Counted from the first letter of the stretch, positions 46,942-61,884 are shown. The stretch is 64,000 nt of DNA from the human T2T-CHM13v2.0 reference genome, Homo sapiens (GCF_009914755.1 NC_060928.1); one strand, 5' to 3'. The notes: generated by a model from the letters alone, not told the origin. Made by a program: numbers and translations.

Positions 46942-49900
46942 CATCATGGATTTATCTACCTTTGGTCTTTGATGTTGGTGACCTTCAGATGGGGTTTTTG
47001 TGTGGCTGTCCTTTTTGTTGATGTTGATGCTATTCCTTTCTTTTTGTTAGTTTTCCTTCTAACAGTCAGGCCTCTCTGCTGCAGGTCTGCTGGAGTTTGT
47101 TGGAGGTCCACTCCAGACCCTGTTTGCCTGGATATCACCAGCAGAGGCTGCAGAACAGCAAAGATTGCTGCCTGTTCCTTCCTTTGGAAGCTTCATTCTA
47201 GAGGGGCAATCTCCAGGTGCCAGTCAGAGCTCTCCTGTATGAGGTGCCTGTCGACCCCTGCTGGGAGGTATCTCCCCATCAGGAGGCACGGGGCTCAGGG
47301 ACCCACTTGAGAAGCCAGTCTGTCCCTTAGCAGAGCTCGAGCGCTGTGTTTGGAGACCTGCTGCTCTCTTCAGAGCCAGAATGCAGGAAGGTTTAGGTCT
47401 GCGGAAGCTGCGCCCACAGCCACCCCTTCCCCCAGGTGCTCTATCCCAGGGAGATGAGAGTTTGATCTATAAGCCCCTGACAGTGGCTGCTGCCTTTCTT
47501 TCATAGTTGCCCTGCCCAGAGAGAAGGAATCTAGAGAGGCAGTCTGACTACAGCAGCTTTGTGGAGCTGCGGTGGGCTCTGCCGAGTTCAAACTTCCTGG
47601 AGGCTTTGTTTGCACTGGAAGGGGAAAACCACCTACTCAAGCCTCAGTACTGGTGGATGCCCCTCCCCCCACCAAGCTCAAGCATACCAGGTCGACTTCA
47701 GACTTCTGTCCTGGCAGCGAAAATTTCAAACAATCGATCTTAGCTTGCTGGGCTCTGTGGGGGTAGGATCCGCTGAGCTAGACCATTTGGCTCCCTGGCT
47801 TCAGCCCCCTTTGCAGGGGAGTGAATGGTTTTGTCTTGCTGGCGTTCCGGGTGCCACTGGGGTATGATAAAAAAGAAAAAGAAAACAAACAAACTCCTGC
47901 AGCTAGCTCAGTGTCTGCCCAAACAGCCTCCCAGTTTTGTGCTTGAAACCCAGGGCCCTGGTGGTGTAGGCACCCGAGGGAATCTCCTAGTCTACGGGTT
48001 GCGAAGACTGTGGGAAAAGCATAGTGTCTGGGCCGGAATGCACCACTCCTCACAGCACAGTCCCTCACAGCTTCCCTTGGGTAGGGGAAGGAGTTCCCCG
48101 ACCTGTATTAATCTTAAATAAGGAAACATTCAAAGGTTTTTTGTTTTTGTTTTTGTTTTTTTTTCAGAATTTATAAAACTGTGAAGTTCTATTGCTAACT
48201 TCTCCATGGATGACAGGAAATTCAGAGGAGATGTGGTGTTGAAGAATAAAGGAATGTGGCCATCCTTTATAAAGGAATTGTGGCCTCCAGTTGTAGGATA
48301 TTATATTCATATATTTTCACCCATTACCTCATTAAATACTCACAATGACCACACAAGGTACATACTGCTTTGTCTGTTGGGCAAAAAACTGACTGTAGGC
48401 TAACAAAGGTTAAATAAAACTCCAGGATTTGAAGGCAAGCTCATCTAACTCAAAAAATCAGATTCTTTCTTCACATTATTTCCATTCCCTGAGTTCTAAT
48501 CAGACTACTTAGTATCCTTCTTTTTTTTTTTTTTTTCAAATACAGGAAGAGTGTAGGAAGCATCCTGTCATCTTGTGCAAAATCATACTATATCTTGGAT
48601 TTTAACTGCCGCTAAGATTTAATAACTTTGGAGGGAAAAACAGCAAGGTATCCTCCTGTGTACCATAAATAGGCTACTCCATGGTAAATTACATACTCAT
48701 GAGTTATCCTAGAAGGAGCCTCACATCACTCTGGGACAGTGTTGCTGACCATGGCCAAAATCATGAGGGCTTGCACGTGTTCAGGATCAGCTCTGCTGAG
48801 TGTGTAACACACATGCAGATGCTGTGCTATTCCCAGCCTTACTACCGACTTACTCAAACTCGCTGCACTCAGGCACAGATGCAGTTTCTGTCTTTTCTCA
48901 TACATCACAGTATCCAGGTGTTTGTTTGTTTGCTCAGCCATGACATTGAACCACACAAGACTTTTATAAGTGGTCAAATAGATTCATAAGGGGGCAATTC
49001 ATAATACTGGTCACTTTAAATAGTTTACTACAATAAGTCTAAATTACTCATTCACAAACATACACATAAAACTTCTAAAACATCATTTTGGTGTCCATAT
49101 CATGGTTACTGCTATACCAACTTATATTACTGAAAACTTCTCTCAAATGGTATGCTAGAAGAGCTCTGAAATAAAGTTTTAATTTAAACAAGGCAATTGC
49201 TATATAGCTAGACATGTTTATTTTGTTTTATTATGTTTTGTTTCACTATCAATATGCTTTGAAACTCAGTACATCTGAAGCACTAGTATTATTGATTTCA
49301 ACTTAGACTATATGGTTATATATCTTTACTATCTACACATCTATATACTTACATATATTAATTTATATCTATAGATATCTATGTGTATGTACATATATAC
49401 ACAGGTATATGCATATGTCTATCAATATGTTATCAAAAGTCACATGTAAATGTTTAGGCTCAAATCTTCTAAACTTAATTATGCTTCATAACATTTCTGC
49501 ATATTATATATTAACTATTATATAATGTGTATTATGTTTGCTTAGACAAAGTAAAGCCAATGGAAGATATGTAATTTAACTCTTATTCTGCATTATGTTA
49601 GATAACTCATCCCAAAAGTATAACAAGTAATAGTTCTGTGAGAATTTTCTTTGTTTGTTTGTTTTGGATGTAAGTAATACAATTTTTCTATACTGGATGA
49701 TTTATTATGGTTAAATAAGATAATACATGCTGAATTCGCTGCAAGCTAAAGTTCATAGAGCATTATCTGTTTATTTGTCAACATGCTTATTAAGCAGGTT
49801 TCATGTGTAAAGGAAATTAAATGCACTGTCATATTGTTGCTATTTTCAATAATGTTACCAATAATAACTAAGTGCTACATGCCAGCTATGAAGGCACTTG

Positions 49901-50619
49901 GAGAATGAACAATCTATAAAGGGTAGTCCAATCCACCAAAAGTTTATTTTATAATAATATTAGATTTGAGTGCTACCAAATTTTTTAAAAACTCACAAAC
50001 ATGGTCTCACTTTGTCCTTACAACAACAATATGAAATAAGCATTATTATTATCCCTCCACCCGAAGAAGGCAAGTGTCATGAGCAAGAATTTACTACTGC
50101 TGCCCAAATGAAAAAGTAACTGGAATTTGCTGATAATTTTGCCCACGTGTCATATAATAAAGTCATTTAAAGCCTGTTTAAAGTGTTGATTGACTTTGCT
50201 ATTAAATCATTAGAGGTCAACCTATATGGGGGAGAAAAAGGGACTCAGAGTAAAGCAAAATTGTGCCCTAAAGATACTTGAAGGGGTGGTCTAAATTGAA
50301 GGAAAAAAAAGAAATTAATGATAAAAATATTATAATTTCATAATTGACACAATATGCAAATAAATATTTCTAGCCTTTAATTGGGAAAATAAAGATTTTT
50401 CTTAGAAAGCAATACATTTTCTCCATTCTTCAGTCTAACATATTGAAAATAAACTGCCCAGATGAAAACATTTTCCCCTCTTATTTAAAGCCTGTATCTT
50501 TGAATGGCTTTGGAAACTATGGTTGAGTATAGCATCTAAGTACAAATAGGTAGCTTTCCACCAGCATTCAAAATGCATTACCATATGCTTGTTCCCTTCA
50601 TATTTGAATTTCCCCCTTT

Positions 50620-51080
50620 TTAACTATAATGCCAAATTAGTCCTTTTGTCATTCTCTGAACCAGAAGATCCTCCTTCTCTCTCCATGCTGAGCCTTTCAT
50701 AGGGCAATCATCTTCTCATTTACTTCCCATTGTCTCCTCTGTGGACTTTGCCTATTTGAAATCCTACCTATCTTTTCAGGTTTACTGCAAAGCCCATCTT
50801 TTTGGATGCTACTCAAGGGTGCTTTTCATGATCCTTCCAGAGAAAAGGAATTTTTCTTTTTTTACCAACCATTTTTGCTTTACTTTTATTTATCATTCAC
50901 CCTATTTATATCATACTTATATAATATATTTATGTGTTTATGTATAATCTCTCTCCAGCTAAATTATAAATTTTTAGAAATCAGAAAATATGCAATATTT
51001 TTTCCTTGAGGTCATAGTAGCAACTAGGATGATGCCTCAAATATTTATGTGCTCAATAAATATTGGGTGAATCAATAAAA
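50620..51080 (+). mobile_element. L2 3' end
   Basis: Ends GTGCTCAATAAATATTGGGTGAATCAATAAA. Confidence 0.6.
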
Positions 51081-51140
51081 TACTGTCAGCAAATTCAACA
51101 CTAACAGCACTCTAATAACATATTTTATGATTCTAATATT
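50967..51140 (+). repeat. Donor copy of a 174-bp local duplication
   Basis: 166/174 identical to 52175-52348. Confidence 0.95.
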
Positions 51141-51835
51141 CTAGTTCACAGAACAAATATTTTAAGATTTGGAGTATTTCAATGTATGACAAGGATAAAA
51201 ATTTATGAAGTGATATTTAATTCCACTCTGTGATTATTTCGTTTATTTCGTTGGTTATTTTATTTGTCTATCACTAGACTGGAATCTCCATAAAAGCAAA
51301 TACATACTTTGTTCAACATTTTATTCTCAAGTATGTATTGAGTATGTGTAAGAAGGAAGGAAAGAGATAAGGAGAGAAAAGAGAGAGGGGGAAGAAAGAA
51401 GTGCACAGAATTTGCGTAAGTTAGTGTACTCATCACCCCTTCCACTAACTAGAAAGTCACCTCTGTCTCATTCCCTAGTTTCCATTGCTCCTAACACACC
51501 CAAACAGAAAGAAACTCTGGTGAATCCGGGCTGCTAGTGCTGGGTACCTCGTATAACAGGGAGGGCTGATATTATTTTACATATTTCAATCTTTCTTTTG
51601 CTCATTAACTAATGTGACAATCATGAAAGTGCATAACTAGACCAGTGAAATTCCAATTTAGGTATTTGGTAAATATGTAAGAAAATATAAATTCATGTCT
51701 TCATATACATATTAAGCATCAAATCTCATAGCACAAAGGTGTCAAACCTATGTTTATAGAAACAAAAAGCCACAGTGAAAATACTGTAGGTTATGTAAAG
51801 CAGAGGAGAGAGAGAGAGAAATGCACAAAATTTCA

Positions 51836-51963
51836 AGACAGGCATAGTGAAATGCACCTGTAATCTCAGCTACTGAGAGGCTAAGGTGGGAGGATTGTTT
51901 GAGTCCAGAGTTCACAACTAGCCTGGGCAACATAGCAAGACTCCATCTCAAAAAAAAAAAAAA
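51836..51963 (+). mobile_element. FLAM (free left Alu monomer)
   Basis: CACCTGTAATCTCAGCTACT...AGCCTGGGCAACATAGCAAGACTCCATCTC followed by poly-A. Confidence 0.8.
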
Positions 51964-51997
51964 TCAATGGAGAAAGCATAGTCGCCTTCTATACATT

Positions 51998-52413
51998 GGG
52001 GAGGGAAAGAAAGAAGGAAAGAAAGAGAAGAAAAAGAAGAAGAAAGAAAGAAAGAGAAAGAAAGAAAGAGAAAAGAAAAGAAAAAGAGAGAAAGGAAGGA
52101 AGGAAGAAGAAAGATGAAAGAAAGAAAGAAAGAGAAAAGAAAGAAAGAAAAAAGAAAGAAACAAAGAAAATTTCTAAATTTTTAGAAATCAGAAATTATG
52201 CAATATTTTTCCCTTGAGGTCATAGTAGCAACTAGGATGATGTCTTAAATATTTATGTGCTCAGTAAATACTGGGTGAATCAATAAAATATTGTCAGCAA
52301 ATTCAACACTAACACCACTCTAATAACATATTTTATGATTCTAATATTACAGAGAGAAAGAGAGAAGAAAGAAAAGAAAGGAAGAAGAAAGAAAGAAGAA
52401 AGAAAGGAAGAAA

Positions 52414-52447
<34 letters not shown>

Positions 52448-52479
52448 AGAAAGAAAAGAAAGAAAAGAAAAAGAAAAAA
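51998..52479. repeat. (GAAA)n/GA-rich tract interrupted by the 174-bp copy
   Basis: GA-rich at 51998-52170 and 52351-52479. Confidence 0.92.
52175..52348 (+). repeat. Inserted copy of 50967-51140
   Basis: Same orientation, 8 substitutions, no indels. Confidence 0.95.
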
Positions 52480-53254
52480 CTTCACCTAAGCCAAGCCTCA
52501 TATCTTACACAAGAATTAACTCAAAAGTATTGAATGAATCACAGACTTACATGTAACATGAAACAATAAAAGTTTTAAGAAAAAAGTATGAAAAGACTTT
52601 GGAAATTAAGACTAGGCAGAAATTCTTAGAGATTTGATACCGAAAGCACGGTTACCCTCCAACCCTGCCAAAAAACATCGTAAATCATACTTTATCAAAA
52701 GTAAAAACTTTTGCTATGTGAAAGACTGCATTAAAAAGATTAAAGGACAAGTGGCAGACTAGGAGAAAATGTTTCCAAACCACATATCTGACAAAGGTCT
52801 TATATTTCAAATATATAAAGAACTCTCAAAATTCAACAGTAAAAAGGCAAATAATCCTATTAGAAAGTAGGCAAAAGACGTGAAGAGACATTTCATCTAA
52901 GAAGATATACAGATGACAAAATGCACCTGAAAAGATGATCGACCTTATTAGTTATTAGGGAAATGCAAATTAAAACCACAATAGGATATCAGTACACACC
53001 TATCAGAATGCTATATTAAAAAATAAATGAGAGAGCCCTCGGGCTGGTGAGGATGCAGAACAACTGGATCCCTCACACACCGCTGAGGGGAATGGAAAAT
53101 GGCACAGCCACTCTGGCAGTTTGTCAATGTCTTAAAGAACTAAAGATGCAACTATCCTACAACCCAGTATTTATACTCCTGGGCTTTTATCCCAGAGAAA
53201 TGAAGACTCTGTTCACACAAAAACCTATGTACAAATGTTTGTAGCAGGTTTATT

Positions 53255-53801
53255 AACTTTTTAAATTATTGTGGTATTAATAAATGTATCATCTTAACCA
53301 TTTTTAAGTGTACAGTTTTGTTACACTAAGTACATTCACAGTGTTGTGCAACCATCACCACTCTCCATTTCTAGAACTTTTTCATCATCTCAAATGGAAA
53401 CTCTATACCCATTAAATACTAACTTCCCGTTTCCTCTCCCTCAGCCCCTGGTGACTTCTATTTTCTGTCTCTATAAATGTGCCTATTCTAGTTACTGCTT
53501 ATGAGTGGAATCATGCAACATGTTACCTGTGTCTGGTTTATTTCGCTCAGCATAATGTTGTCAAGGTTAGTCCATGCTGTAGCATGTATCAGAATTTCAT
53601 TTTTTAAGGCTGAATAATCTTATATTGTATGTATATACCACATTTTGTTTAGCAGAATTTCATTTTTAAGGCCAAATAATCTCATATTGTATGTATATAC
53701 CACATTTTGTTTATCCATTCATCTGTCATGGGACACTTTGGTTGTTTCCACCTTGTGGCTAATGTGACTAATGCCACTAAGAATATTGGTGTTCAAGGGT
53801 C
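53255..53801 (-). mobile_element. L1MB-type 3'UTR nested in antisense, with an internal ~63-bp tandem duplication (53590-53713)
   Basis: CTTAACCATTTTTAAGTGTACAG...; degenerate TSD TGTAGCAGGTTTATT / TGTAGCCACTTCATT. Confidence 0.8.
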
Positions 53802-54005
53802 TGTAGCCACTTCATTCTTACTAGCCAAAAACTGAAAACAAATACAGATATCCTTCAACGGGTGAATGGTTAAGCAGTCTGGAATAAGCATACTATGGAA
53901 TCCTACTTAGCAATAAAAAAGAATAAACTATTGATACACACAACAGCCTGTAATCCCCAGAGAAATTATGAGTGATAAAAGCTAAACACAAAAGATTATG
54001 GGCTG

Positions 54006-54342
<337 letters not shown>

Positions 54343-54597
54343 TTAAAATGACAGGTGGGAGAGAAGAGAATGTGACTATAAGAAGCAGCATGAGAAATCC
54401 TTGTGGTGATGGTGTGATGATGTTTTGTCTCTTGACTGTATTAGTGTCAGTATCCTGGTTTTGATATTGTCCTACAGTTTGGCAAGGTGTTACCACTGAA
54501 GGAAAACGAGTGAAGGGTACACCGGATGTCTTTACATTATTTATTACGACTGCATGTGAATCTATAATTATCTGAAAAAAAAGTTTAACTAAAATTA

Positions 54598-54939
<342 letters not shown>

Positions 54940-56499
54940 TAAGACAGGAAGGAGGGAGAGAAGAAAGGAGGGAGGAAAGAAGGAGGGACAAAAAGGGAGG
55001 GAAGGCAAGAAGAAAGAAGAAAGGAAGGGAGGAAGGCAAGAAATCTCACCAGGAAACCTTTCAGATCTCAGCCAGCCTAATCTCCTTGGCATCACCACTT
55101 AATGGTGACTCAGAAGTGCTACCTCTTGGGAAGCGTGGTTATTCAGATTCAATTTAATGCCCACAGTGTGCTGCACACAGTGTAATAATAAAATGGCACA
55201 ATTTTAAATTTCCTTCAACTTCTATTTATTTCCAGAATTCCCTGAAGTTTTGACAGCCACTGTATTTTGACGCTAAATGGCCACTGTCAGCGCACTAGGA
55301 GTTTCTCTTCCTGGAGGCATGTTAAGAAGCAAAGGGCATACTCTAGTTCCCTCCTTCTTCATGTTTTATAAATATTTTGCTTTTTATTAAAGATTTCTGA
55401 GAGAATAACTTTGAGTCTTAATTGTTTGAGGACTTGCTTTGACGGGGCTAATTGTTTAGTTGAATGGAAGTCATTGTCTGTTGTGAAGTGAAAGCAGAAG
55501 TTAAAAAGATATACAGAGTTCCTCCCTTTTAAGTTTTGGTGTTGTCATGCAGTCTATAAGCAATTTCAGACAAAGTGCTAAATATATAATCTCTTAATGT
55601 TCTTTAAAAAGCTACAAATTTTAATGCAGATTGGCAATCATAGTGTGGAATAACAGTTTATTCCTCATAAACTAATAGTTCAGGGAAGTGTTCTAGATTT
55701 TCTGTTACATGTAACTAGAGTGACTCATTCACATCACACACACACACACCATCATCAATGAACTCATGTCAGAAGAGCCTACAGTCTTCCTAATTCGAAG
55801 CAGCTGGTACATTCTAAATATGGAGAGCCTGAGCTTCTAAAACCATCATTAACAATCAGAATCCTTGATTTATTATTCTTTCTTTACTATTCTCTCTGTA
55901 GGGGGATTTATATCACAGAGCTGCTAGCTCTCCCCCTATTGTTCCCAGACTGTCATGCATAAAATGTCAACAAGAGTGTATTTCATTCATATTCTAAAAT
56001 TAAATACTTTATCCCACTATTAGCCATAATCATGACCACATACAACTATGATTTACCATAACTAAAATAGATGGTGTGGGATTTATTGTTGGCTTATGTT
56101 TGAAATAGCAAAGGCAGATTTTTTAATTAAATAATTGCATGCTAACTATTTGAGGCATAATTATACTTACTTTGTTTTTCATATATCTCCACCTAGTTAG
56201 CACAATATTAAAATGTTCTGTTATAAAATGTTCTGTTTTAAATAATCCATATTCATATACATATATGTGTGTATGCAAGTGGCTGTGTATAAAATATGAT
56301 CTTTGAGAACATGATTATTCTTAGTAGAGAAGAATAAACCAGATTGTGAGCTCTTTCTAATTATAATTTTCAAGAATTATCTTTATTAATAACATATATA
56401 CTGTCACTGTGTGTGCCTTGGTCAATTATCTCATTTGAAAAACATAATAATTATATAAGTCAGGAGTCTATTAAACACTTCAATTTCTCTTGCTTGTCT

Positions 56500-56928
56500 A
56501 ACACCCACGTCCCTTTCTTGTGTAACACCACCCTGATGTTTTGTTTGAAAACTTGGCCTCAGGCATGGTCTGCAGTTTGATGGGGCTGTCAATCAGGACA
56601 TCCTGCTTTCTCCTCTCCCCTGCCTGAGGAAAGGGACGCAGGATCCCAACTAGCCACTCAGACTCTTTCTGGGGTATTTGCAACTTCAGTAGACAGGCAT
56701 AAGAATGCAATTCAATTCATTCTTTGATTCCAGTTTTGGCACCCTAATAATGAGCATAAGTTCTTGTTCTCTGAAACCCTGGGGCTGGATGGCTTCATAC
56801 CTTCTGAGGCCCAGTTCAGTTCTTCATTTGTTTCCTTTAGCTACCTCATATCTTCACAATAAATTTCTTTAAAAAAAATAGTTAAAAGTTGATTTCCGTT
56901 TCTTGCACCTGAAAAACCCTAACTGACA
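56500..56928 (+). mobile_element. Ancient ERVL/MaLR-type LTR relic
   Basis: 3' end AATAAATTTCTTT...TTTCTTGCACCTGAAAAACCCTAACTGACA; the 5' boundary is uncertain. Confidence 0.5.
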
Positions 56929-56946
56929 TGATGTTACTCTCTTCTT

Positions 56947-57375
<429 letters not shown>

Positions 57376-58359
57376 AAAGTAACATTGACTCCTTGTTTTC
57401 AGTTTCAAAGTCATTCAGATGTGAGAACATCTAGGTGGTCACACAATAATATTAGGTTAGACTAAAAATATAAAATGGATATAAAAGGAATGATTTATTG
57501 CTTTGTTACATTTAATCAGACAGTATTTATTATGTACCCAAAAGATTCCTTGCATTAAATAACGACCAATTTTGCTGTGATCCTGGAAGTTCCTGTTACT
57601 CTCCTTTTAGTGTTTAATGTCATGCAGCTGTGCACAATTCCAAATTAACGTGAGTTCAAGTACAGGGTCTACCTGTATTTAAAAAAATATTTTTATTTCA
57701 CACCCATTTAGCAAGAAGGGAGAAGTGAAGTCCAGTGCAATGAGTGCTAACATGTGTGTAAACATCGTTTAAAAACTCCCATGAAGAACTACACTTTAAG
57801 TCACAGTCAGATGCAGGAGGATCAAATTATTTCTAGACTGAAAGTAAGAACAGGAGAAAGCACTGTTAAGTCTCCAATCCAAGGGTCAACGGCTTTTGTT
57901 CCTTTTGTGACTTGTGTACAGTTTACATGTTTGAGCCTCTGTTTTCATCCTTTTTCAGCATCCTAAAGGCAAAACAACACTGTCTAATGGGCCAAGTAGC
58001 ACTGGGATTAAGGATCAAAGTCAGGGTGGGATAGACAAGGTTGGGGTTGAAGCTAGGCTCACCTGAATGCAGAATGCTCAAACTGGCCTAATGCCACCAA
58101 ACCTCTGACTCGCCTCTTCCTGTAAGTGACCTGACAAGCACTTGGAAGCAATTTTTCATAGGAGTATGGTGATTTCTATGTCTATTTCAAAGTGGTTACT
58201 CCTGGGGTCAAGAAAGAAATGGAATGTGGTCTGAGGAAGAAGCCATGCTAAAGACCACCTACATTTTGAGGAAAGTTTTAAAATCAGTATCTAGTAAAAC
58301 CAACAACTTTCTCCCATAAATTGTGTTTAAAATGCCTTGGAGTAAGGAATATTTATTGT

Positions 58360-58600
58360 ATAGTGTGCCAGAAGGATTCTGGACTATAAAGCCAAGCAAA
58401 CCTGATTATTATTTTAGCCTTTATGTTTTCCAGCTGTGTGACTTGAACAAGTAATTTCTTCATGCCTCAGTTTCCTGCTCTGTAAAATTAGGGTATCTCA
58501 AAACATTTCTATCATTTGAGGTTATTGAGAGGGTTGAATTGGGTAATCTATCCAAAAATTCCCTGGAATATGATAGCTACTTCACTATATTAATATTTCC
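58360..58600 (+). mobile_element. MIR
   Basis: AGCTGTGTGACTTGAACAAGT...GCCTCAGTTTCCT...TGTAAAAT. Confidence 0.7.
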
Positions 58601-58912
58601 TTCCATTCAGGGAACATTTTTCAGAATTATTCTGGTAGAGCACACTATAAAAATTATATCAATTGCTTAGCAAACATCATTAGAAACCAAGTATCACCTA
58701 ATTAATATTGCCTACTGACTATATTCCAAAGGAAGCTTGTTTCTTTTCTCTTTAAAAATAGCGTTGTAATTTAGCTCACAAGGAATAAAATGAATTAATC
58801 ATAGTAGATTGTTCTGTTTTGGTTGTTGGTGATGTTAGTTAGGGTCACAGAAGGAAACTGATGGCATATTCAAGCTATGTGTTTGAGGAGAGTATAATAA
58901 TGGTGAAAGCTT

Positions 58913-59378
58913 AGAGTGGGACTATCCAATAGTCAAAGCCACATAGTATTTTAAAATTTTCTAGTAAACACATTTAAAAGTTAAATGAAACAGGTGAAAT
59001 TAATCTTAAAAATATCTTTAGTTTAACCCAACATAGCAAAAATATTATTTTAACAGAAATGAATATAAAATTATTAGTAAGATGTTTTCTTTTTTATATT
59101 GTCTTTGAAATTTGTGTGCATTTCACATTTACAGCCCATTCCTGTTCAAATAATAAATCCTCAAGTAAAATGTAGTCTGATAAAAATAATAAAGTTGTTT
59201 AATAAAAACATATTTTGCACTATATATTTTGTTTTTAAATTTTAACACTAATTAATAAATTAATTTTTCCTAAATAAAATACAAAATTTATTTCCTCAGT
59301 CACACCACTATGACAGTCCCACTATCAAGAGGTCAATAGCCACATGTAGCCAGTGGCTTCAAATTGGATGATGCAGAT
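58913..59378. mobile_element. MER33/MER3-type hAT-Charlie element
   Basis: TCCAATAG...AAATTTTCTAGTAAACACATT...AAACAGGTGAAATTAAT...AATAGCCACATGTAGCCAGTGGCT...TTGGA. Confidence 0.75.
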
Positions 59379-59599
59379 TTAGAGAAACAAAAGACGTAGT
59401 GTAGTAGTCTGAGGTGACCTGAGCAGGGAAGCTTTAAGCTTGAAAGAGTAAGGGGATACAGTGGTTTCACAAACCTCAAGTGTTAGCTGTATGGAGAGAG
59501 CCCCCTTTGAATTCCTTGGATTGAGATACACAACCAACCTAGAAGACCAAGTACAGAGGGAAACAAAGGGATTAATATCTACAACCACACTCCTCTAGC

Positions 59600-59788
59600 T
59601 CCATGCTGGTAACTTGACTTATCAAAAATGAAAACCCTGATTTGCAGCATTTGCTCATTTCCATAGTCTAAATTCTTTCACCGTGGCTAATTATAAGCTG
59701 ACAATATGATGTCATTGAACACAGACTTGTGGAAAGGTGTGCAGAATGTGCTCTCTCCAAGCACCTCTTACAGTCCAGTCTCCAGCTA
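59600..59788. mobile_element. MER63-like hAT element
   Basis: CCCTGATTTGCAGCATTTGC...TTTCCAT...GATGTCATTGAAC matches recalled MER63. Confidence 0.55.
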
Positions 59789-59848
59789 GTGTCTTTTATT
59801 GGCCAAACTCAACTGGCAACCAGAGGCAAGAAAGCAGCTGATGCATTT

Positions 59849-59893
59849 CCTCCTATGGCACTGAATGCATATCAGCCTCCTATGGCACTGAAT
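59849..59893. repeat. Short direct duplication, 27-bp period
   Basis: CCTCCTATGGCACTGAAT at 59849 and 59876. Confidence 0.85.
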
Positions 59894-60319
59894 AGAATGG
59901 AGAATGGTCAGAAAGGGCAAGTGGAAAGTATACTAGATGCTCAAAATTAAAAGACCTGTCTATCTTTTTATCTTTGACTTCTGTACATGTAGAAGAAAAT
60001 GACAGTCATAAAGCAGCTGAAATCAATAGCTCGAATATTTTGAAGACAGAATGTTAAGTAGAGCAGGCATCAGATTGTTTATTTGTTAGATGAAAAATTT
60101 TTGTTCTGTGAGTATAGAGCTTGTGCAAAGGAAAAATGTCCTTCCTCTATAAAACTTTTGAAAAAAGAGTTTTAGCAGATAATTATTGAAATGTTACATT
60201 TTATATGAAACAATAAGTTTTTATATCAATAATGTAATTATTCAGTATATTGACAAAATTGAAGTGCTGCATAGATAAAATGTTGCTCCAGTTAATTTTT
60301 TTCATCCTCCATTTTTGGA

Positions 60320-60960
60320 ATTGCCCAGGTTTGTACACCTACAATCTACTACAGCTGCCTTTTCTCATAACCAGTAATCCTTCAGATTCTTTCTTTTAGT
60401 TCCATCCCACTGCAGTAGAAATCGAGGTTTTCATCATGCTTCACTTCATGTTCTTGCCTGCCATGGCCCTCTTCCTTCTCTCTTTCTTCCCAGATTACCC
60501 TACATAGCACCATGAGGTGATTCTTCCTAAGATACCACATTTTTTGTCATCCCATTAGTCAAGAACCCTCAGAGACTCTTTTGACTACCAAAACAAGTCC
60601 AAATTCTTCACCTGGGCTTCTGAGAACTTCATAACTTGAATTTAACCTACATTTCTAAAGTCCTATATGAGCACATCCATGCAGCCAGATCAACTTGTTG
60701 CTACCTCCAGAACACAGGCCCAATTTGCCACAGTGTTTTCGTTTTATGCTAACTCATTTTTGCCCAGCCCCAACACATACGCATACACACATACATGCAC
60801 ACACACAAAAAACAGGCATGCATGTATACACACCAAAATACCACTTTTAATTATCTCTATTTTTCCAAACCTCATCCATCATTGAGGTTCAAGTACAAGC
60901 TTTTCGAAGGCTTCATATTTGGCCTACACCATCAGCTCCATACTCCGAACTCCAGTGACA
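60320..60960 (+). mobile_element. L2 fragment
   Basis: CCATCCCACTGC...AAGAACCCTCAGAGACTC...AAGTCCAAATTCTT L2 motifs. Confidence 0.55.
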
Positions 60961-61735
60961 GTTGATTCCCTGATCATTTTGCACCTGGATCTTCACTGCA
61001 GTTGTTCCTATTCTGTCTTTTGCGTCACTCCTTTTTGCTTCCATTTTAACATTAAACTCTAAAAATAATCCCACGAATCCAGAAAGGTGATTAGATTTTA
61101 AATGACAGTCACTTGCTGAAACTTTCCTCAGAGTTCTGAGATAAGCAGTAGGCTAGGAAACACCAACAACTTTTACAAGTAAATGTAATAAGCTTATATC
61201 TGGTGAACAGATTTATCCTATCATTAGCAGTAACATACGTGTTGCTAGACTGCCCTAAGCCCCGGAGTCACCATATTATTAGATGAAAGATGTTCATTAG
61301 GATGGAGTAGAAATGCTAAAGGTTTAGGTTTACTAAGTGCTGGACTGTGATTAAGTACCAAATTTTTCTACAACTGTTTCTGCACTGGCCAACAACTTTC
61401 TGATTAACGTGTGGAATCCAGCTTTTCTCACCCAAGTCCATCTTCTCCAGTGTGGTCTCTGGAATAGGAACACTTCTTCATGCCTGGCTGCCCCTCTTCC
61501 CACCTCTTGGCCATTGAAAGTTTGCTTTTGGATTCAGGCTGTTATTGAAGGTCTGGAGCAGCCATCCTCAATTTGTGCTCTGTGAGATGTTGACAGTTGT
61601 GAATGAAGATAGGGATTGTATATGAAAATAAATATGGGTTGTGCTGGCTATAACAAAGACAAATTTCTTTGCTGCAAAACTTCTCAGAGCTTTTACTAAG
61701 CCAATATGAAATGTGAATTGTTAAAGCAATAATAC

Positions 61736-61884
61736 AGTAGGTAGCATTTCAAGCATATATTTAAATAGAGAAATCTCATTCAGTCTTCACAGCAACCCTC
61801 TCGGGTAAATTCTAATGTTCTGGGGGCAGAGTGTAGCAGAGGGAGATTTCTCTATTTAAATATGTGCTCGAAATCCTACCTACT
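61736..61884. repeat. Inverted repeat with 42-bp arms and a 65-bp spacer
   Basis: 61736-61777 matches the reverse complement of 61843-61884 at 39/42. Confidence 0.95.

Larger units (their letters stand above)
41826..48103 (-). mobile_element. Near-full-length LINE-1, L1PA7-like, lacking roughly the first 200 bp of the 5'UTR
   Basis: 3'UTR GCAGAATGTGCAGGTTTGTTACATAGG; ORF2, ORF1 and a long older-type 5'UTR; TSD TATTAATCTT at 41816-41825 and 48106-48115; TT/AAGA site on the minus strand. Confidence 0.95.

Noticed and set aside
46743-48121. Cluster of 60-175-aa ORFs in a GC-richer stretch
   Set aside because: They lie within the L1PA7 5'UTR and ORF1 start, and are not host exons.
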